Translations under genes and position numbers: made by a program
Shown: one piece after another, positions 42,713 through 44,052 of the stretch
Numbering within the stretch: the stretch's first letter is position 1
How the letters are laid out: the number at the start of each line of letters is the position of its first letter
The notes under the pieces: generated by a model
Told to the model about the DNA's origin: nothing
What the model saw: the letters and a program-made list of their open reading frames with translations, nothing else
Databases searched by the model: none
IMG/VR virus record: IMGVR_UViG_3300038708_000013
Span: 1 to 44,052 of that record
DNA from: a virus
Length of the DNA: 44,052 bases
Direction: 5' to 3' (one strand)

Positions 42713-43835
42713 CCACCTGCATTGCCCTGTCAAACTCTAATACAGTTTTTCGGGGCGTAACATTCACATAACGCTGTAAACTAGACCATGAGTCATGACC
42801 TGTAACCTGCTGCATTTCAGGCACAGTTAAACGCTGCTCAGCCAACCGTGTCGCTGCTTCATGACGTAAATCATGATAACGCAAGTCATCAATACCCTTG
42901 AGCTTACACGCCCTCGTAAACATAGCTGATATATTCTTAGGTGATAGCGGTAGTAATAACTCATTATCCCAATGCTTATTGCCACGACGCATAGTAGCAC
43001 GTACTTTGTCAGCTTTTAGCGCATCGATGATCGGTAGCGCATTATCTCTAACTTTAGTATTGATATGATTGCCCATGCTTCCGCGTGGGTTTTTTGCGTT
43101 TCTGACTAGCCACCAGCCATCGTTAAAATCATCAATGCGTAAACGTGTCAATTCTTCTTGTCGTCTTGCTGTGTAGATTGCCAACCAAATAATAAGGTGC
43201 ATCGGGTAAGTGGTTTTGCCAATCATCCATTTTGTATAAAAGTAAGTTGTCAGCTCTTGCAACTCGTCACTGGTTGGTGTCCTAGTGCGCTTAATACTAG
43301 ACGACACTTTACGGCTATGCCTTAATCCTAGCACAGCGTCCTCAAACTCATTTAAATTAACATCAAGCCCCCATGCAAGTTTGGCTTGCTTGAGCACTGA
43401 GCGTATGCCCATAATGTCACCATTGAGCGTAGCAGGTGTGATTGCTCTTAATCCATCATACTTACCATTTAGCCTAGCATCAGCAAATGCGGTGTAATCC
43501 TCACGCCTTAGTGTGTTAATCTGCTTTGCACCTATCGGTAATTTGCTAATGAGTATCAAGCTCATATTGTGAGTACGTCCGAACTGATCGCCAAGCTCGT
43601 CAAGATACTTTATAATAACGTCACGCAATCGCATCGACTTAGCTTCACGCTTTAGCATTATTTCAGGATTGGCTTCAATCTCCGCTTCACGCTTTTTTAC
43701 CCATGCCTCGGCTAATGCTTTTTTGCTAAATGTCTTTGACTGAGTAAACGACGGATAACCGTCACGCTCGATACGTATCAATCCCCTATACCGAGCTGTG
43801 CCATCGGCATTTTTGCGCTTTACTATGCTACCCAT
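42681..43835 (-). CDS. int: Tyrosine integrase
   Basis: HDLRHEAATRLAE, GHDSWSSLQRY. Start set at ATG 43835 (MGSIVKRK). The upstream 34 codons look non-coding. Confidence 0.9.
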   Translation of the reverse strand: MGSIVKRKNADGTARYRGLIRIERDGYPSFTQSKTFSKKALAEAWVKKREAEIEANPEIMLKREAKSMRLRDVIIKYLDELGDQFGRTHNMSLILISKLPIGAKQINTLRREDYTAFADARLNGKYDGLRAITPATLNGDIMGIRSVLKQAKLAWGLDVNLNEFEDAVLGLRHSRKVSSSIKRTRTPTSDELQELTTYFYTKWMIGKTTYPMHLIIWLAIYTARRQEELTRLRIDDFNDGWWLVRNAKNPRGSMGNHINTKVRDNALPIIDALKADKVRATMRRGNKHWDNELLLPLSPKNISAMFTRACKLKGIDDLRYHDLRHEAATRLAEQRLTVPEMQQVTGHDSWSSLQRYVNVTPRKTVLEFDRAMQVAMLAWQDGRY

Positions 43836-43863
43836 TTTGTACCATGCCTTGTTTTTAGTTTTG

Positions 43864-43880
43864 TGGTACGAATATGGTAC
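43864..43880 (+). repeat. TGGTAC-GAATA-TGGTAC, putative integrase arm-type site pair (int-proximal arm)
   Basis: Identical to 143..159. An extra inverted TGGTAC at 43839..43844 abuts the int start codon. Confidence 0.5.
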
Positions 43881-43897
43881 AACACAATAACAAGTAA

Positions 43898-43928
43898 ACG
43901 CACGTAAAAACACGCACGAACACGCATG
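43898..43928 (+). repeat. Three ACGCA(C/T)G repeats
   Basis: ACGCACG at 43898..43904 and 43912..43918. ACGCATG at 43922..43928. Confidence 0.4.
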
Positions 43929-43953
43929 AACAAGCAAGACAATAATACTCTAT

Positions 43954-44052
43954 ACTATACACAGTAAGGCTTTGACGCTAAATGATTGATTTAATGAGAG
44001 ATAAGCGACTATCAGTAGCTCCTATGATCGATAGTATCAACCAATCACGTTA
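43954..44052. repeat. 99-bp terminal direct repeat, right copy
   Basis: Identical to 1..99. Confidence 0.97.

Larger units (their letters stand above)
1..44052. mobile_element. Complete temperate myovirus-type phage/prophage genome (unit length 43953 bp)
   Basis: Integrase, cI/cro switch, replication, Q, terminase-to-tail-fibre late operon and lysis genes are all present. The window ends repeat exactly. Confidence 0.9.

Noticed and set aside
43836-43937. N-terminal 34-codon extension of the integrase ORF
   Set aside because: The sequence (MLVHACSCVFLRAFTCYCVV...) looks non-coding and covers the repeat-rich att arm. MGSIVKRK is a typical integrase N-terminus.
1-44052. tRNA genes, reverse transcriptase/DGR, transposase or IS elements, toxin-antitoxin pairs with recognisable families
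   Set aside because: I scanned the intergenic regions and ORF translations by eye. I saw no T-loop/acceptor pattern, no RT (YxDD) or DDE motif, and no recognisable toxin family. Absence by eye is not proof.

Overview
The window is one complete temperate, contractile-tailed (myovirus-type) phage or prophage genome. Bases 1..99 recur exactly at 43954..44052, giving a unit length of 43953 bp. Minus strand, from about 36.0 kb down to 0.3 kb: Cro-like and CII-like regulators; a replication module (initiator with in-gene iterons, DnaB helicase); a nin-like region (VRR-NUC, DUF3310, YbcO-like, NinB-like); a Q-like antiterminator with a PR'/short leader/tR' unit; then terminase, portal, Mu-F-like, scaffold/protease, capsid, neck, sheath, tube, chaperone with a -1 frame extension, tape measure, baseplate, two receptor-binding proteins and a terminal lysis cluster. 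Plus strand, 36.1-42.7 kb: a cI-type HTH/S24 repressor between two clusters of an 18-bp operator; a run of small acidic or Cys-rich accessory genes; a Rad52-like annealase, a PD-(D/E)XK exonuclease and SSB; a MazG-like protein; and a PrtN-like putative excision factor. A tyrosine integrase (minus strand) abuts the att region. Most notable: the late operon is interrupted at five points by AT-rich cassettes with unrecognised cargo. All five end in their own intrinsic terminator, and three also carry a TGnTATAAT promoter. The cargo includes an alpha/beta-hydrolase-TPR fusion next to a lysis cluster with no recognisable spanin, a lipoprotein-centred three-gene cassette inside the baseplate genes, and a two-gene cassette between neck and sheath. 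There are also two candidate cis-antisense small RNAs, each with a near-consensus promoter and an orientation-specific terminator on the strand opposite an early operon. All protein-family calls come from motif recognition by eye; no searches were run.
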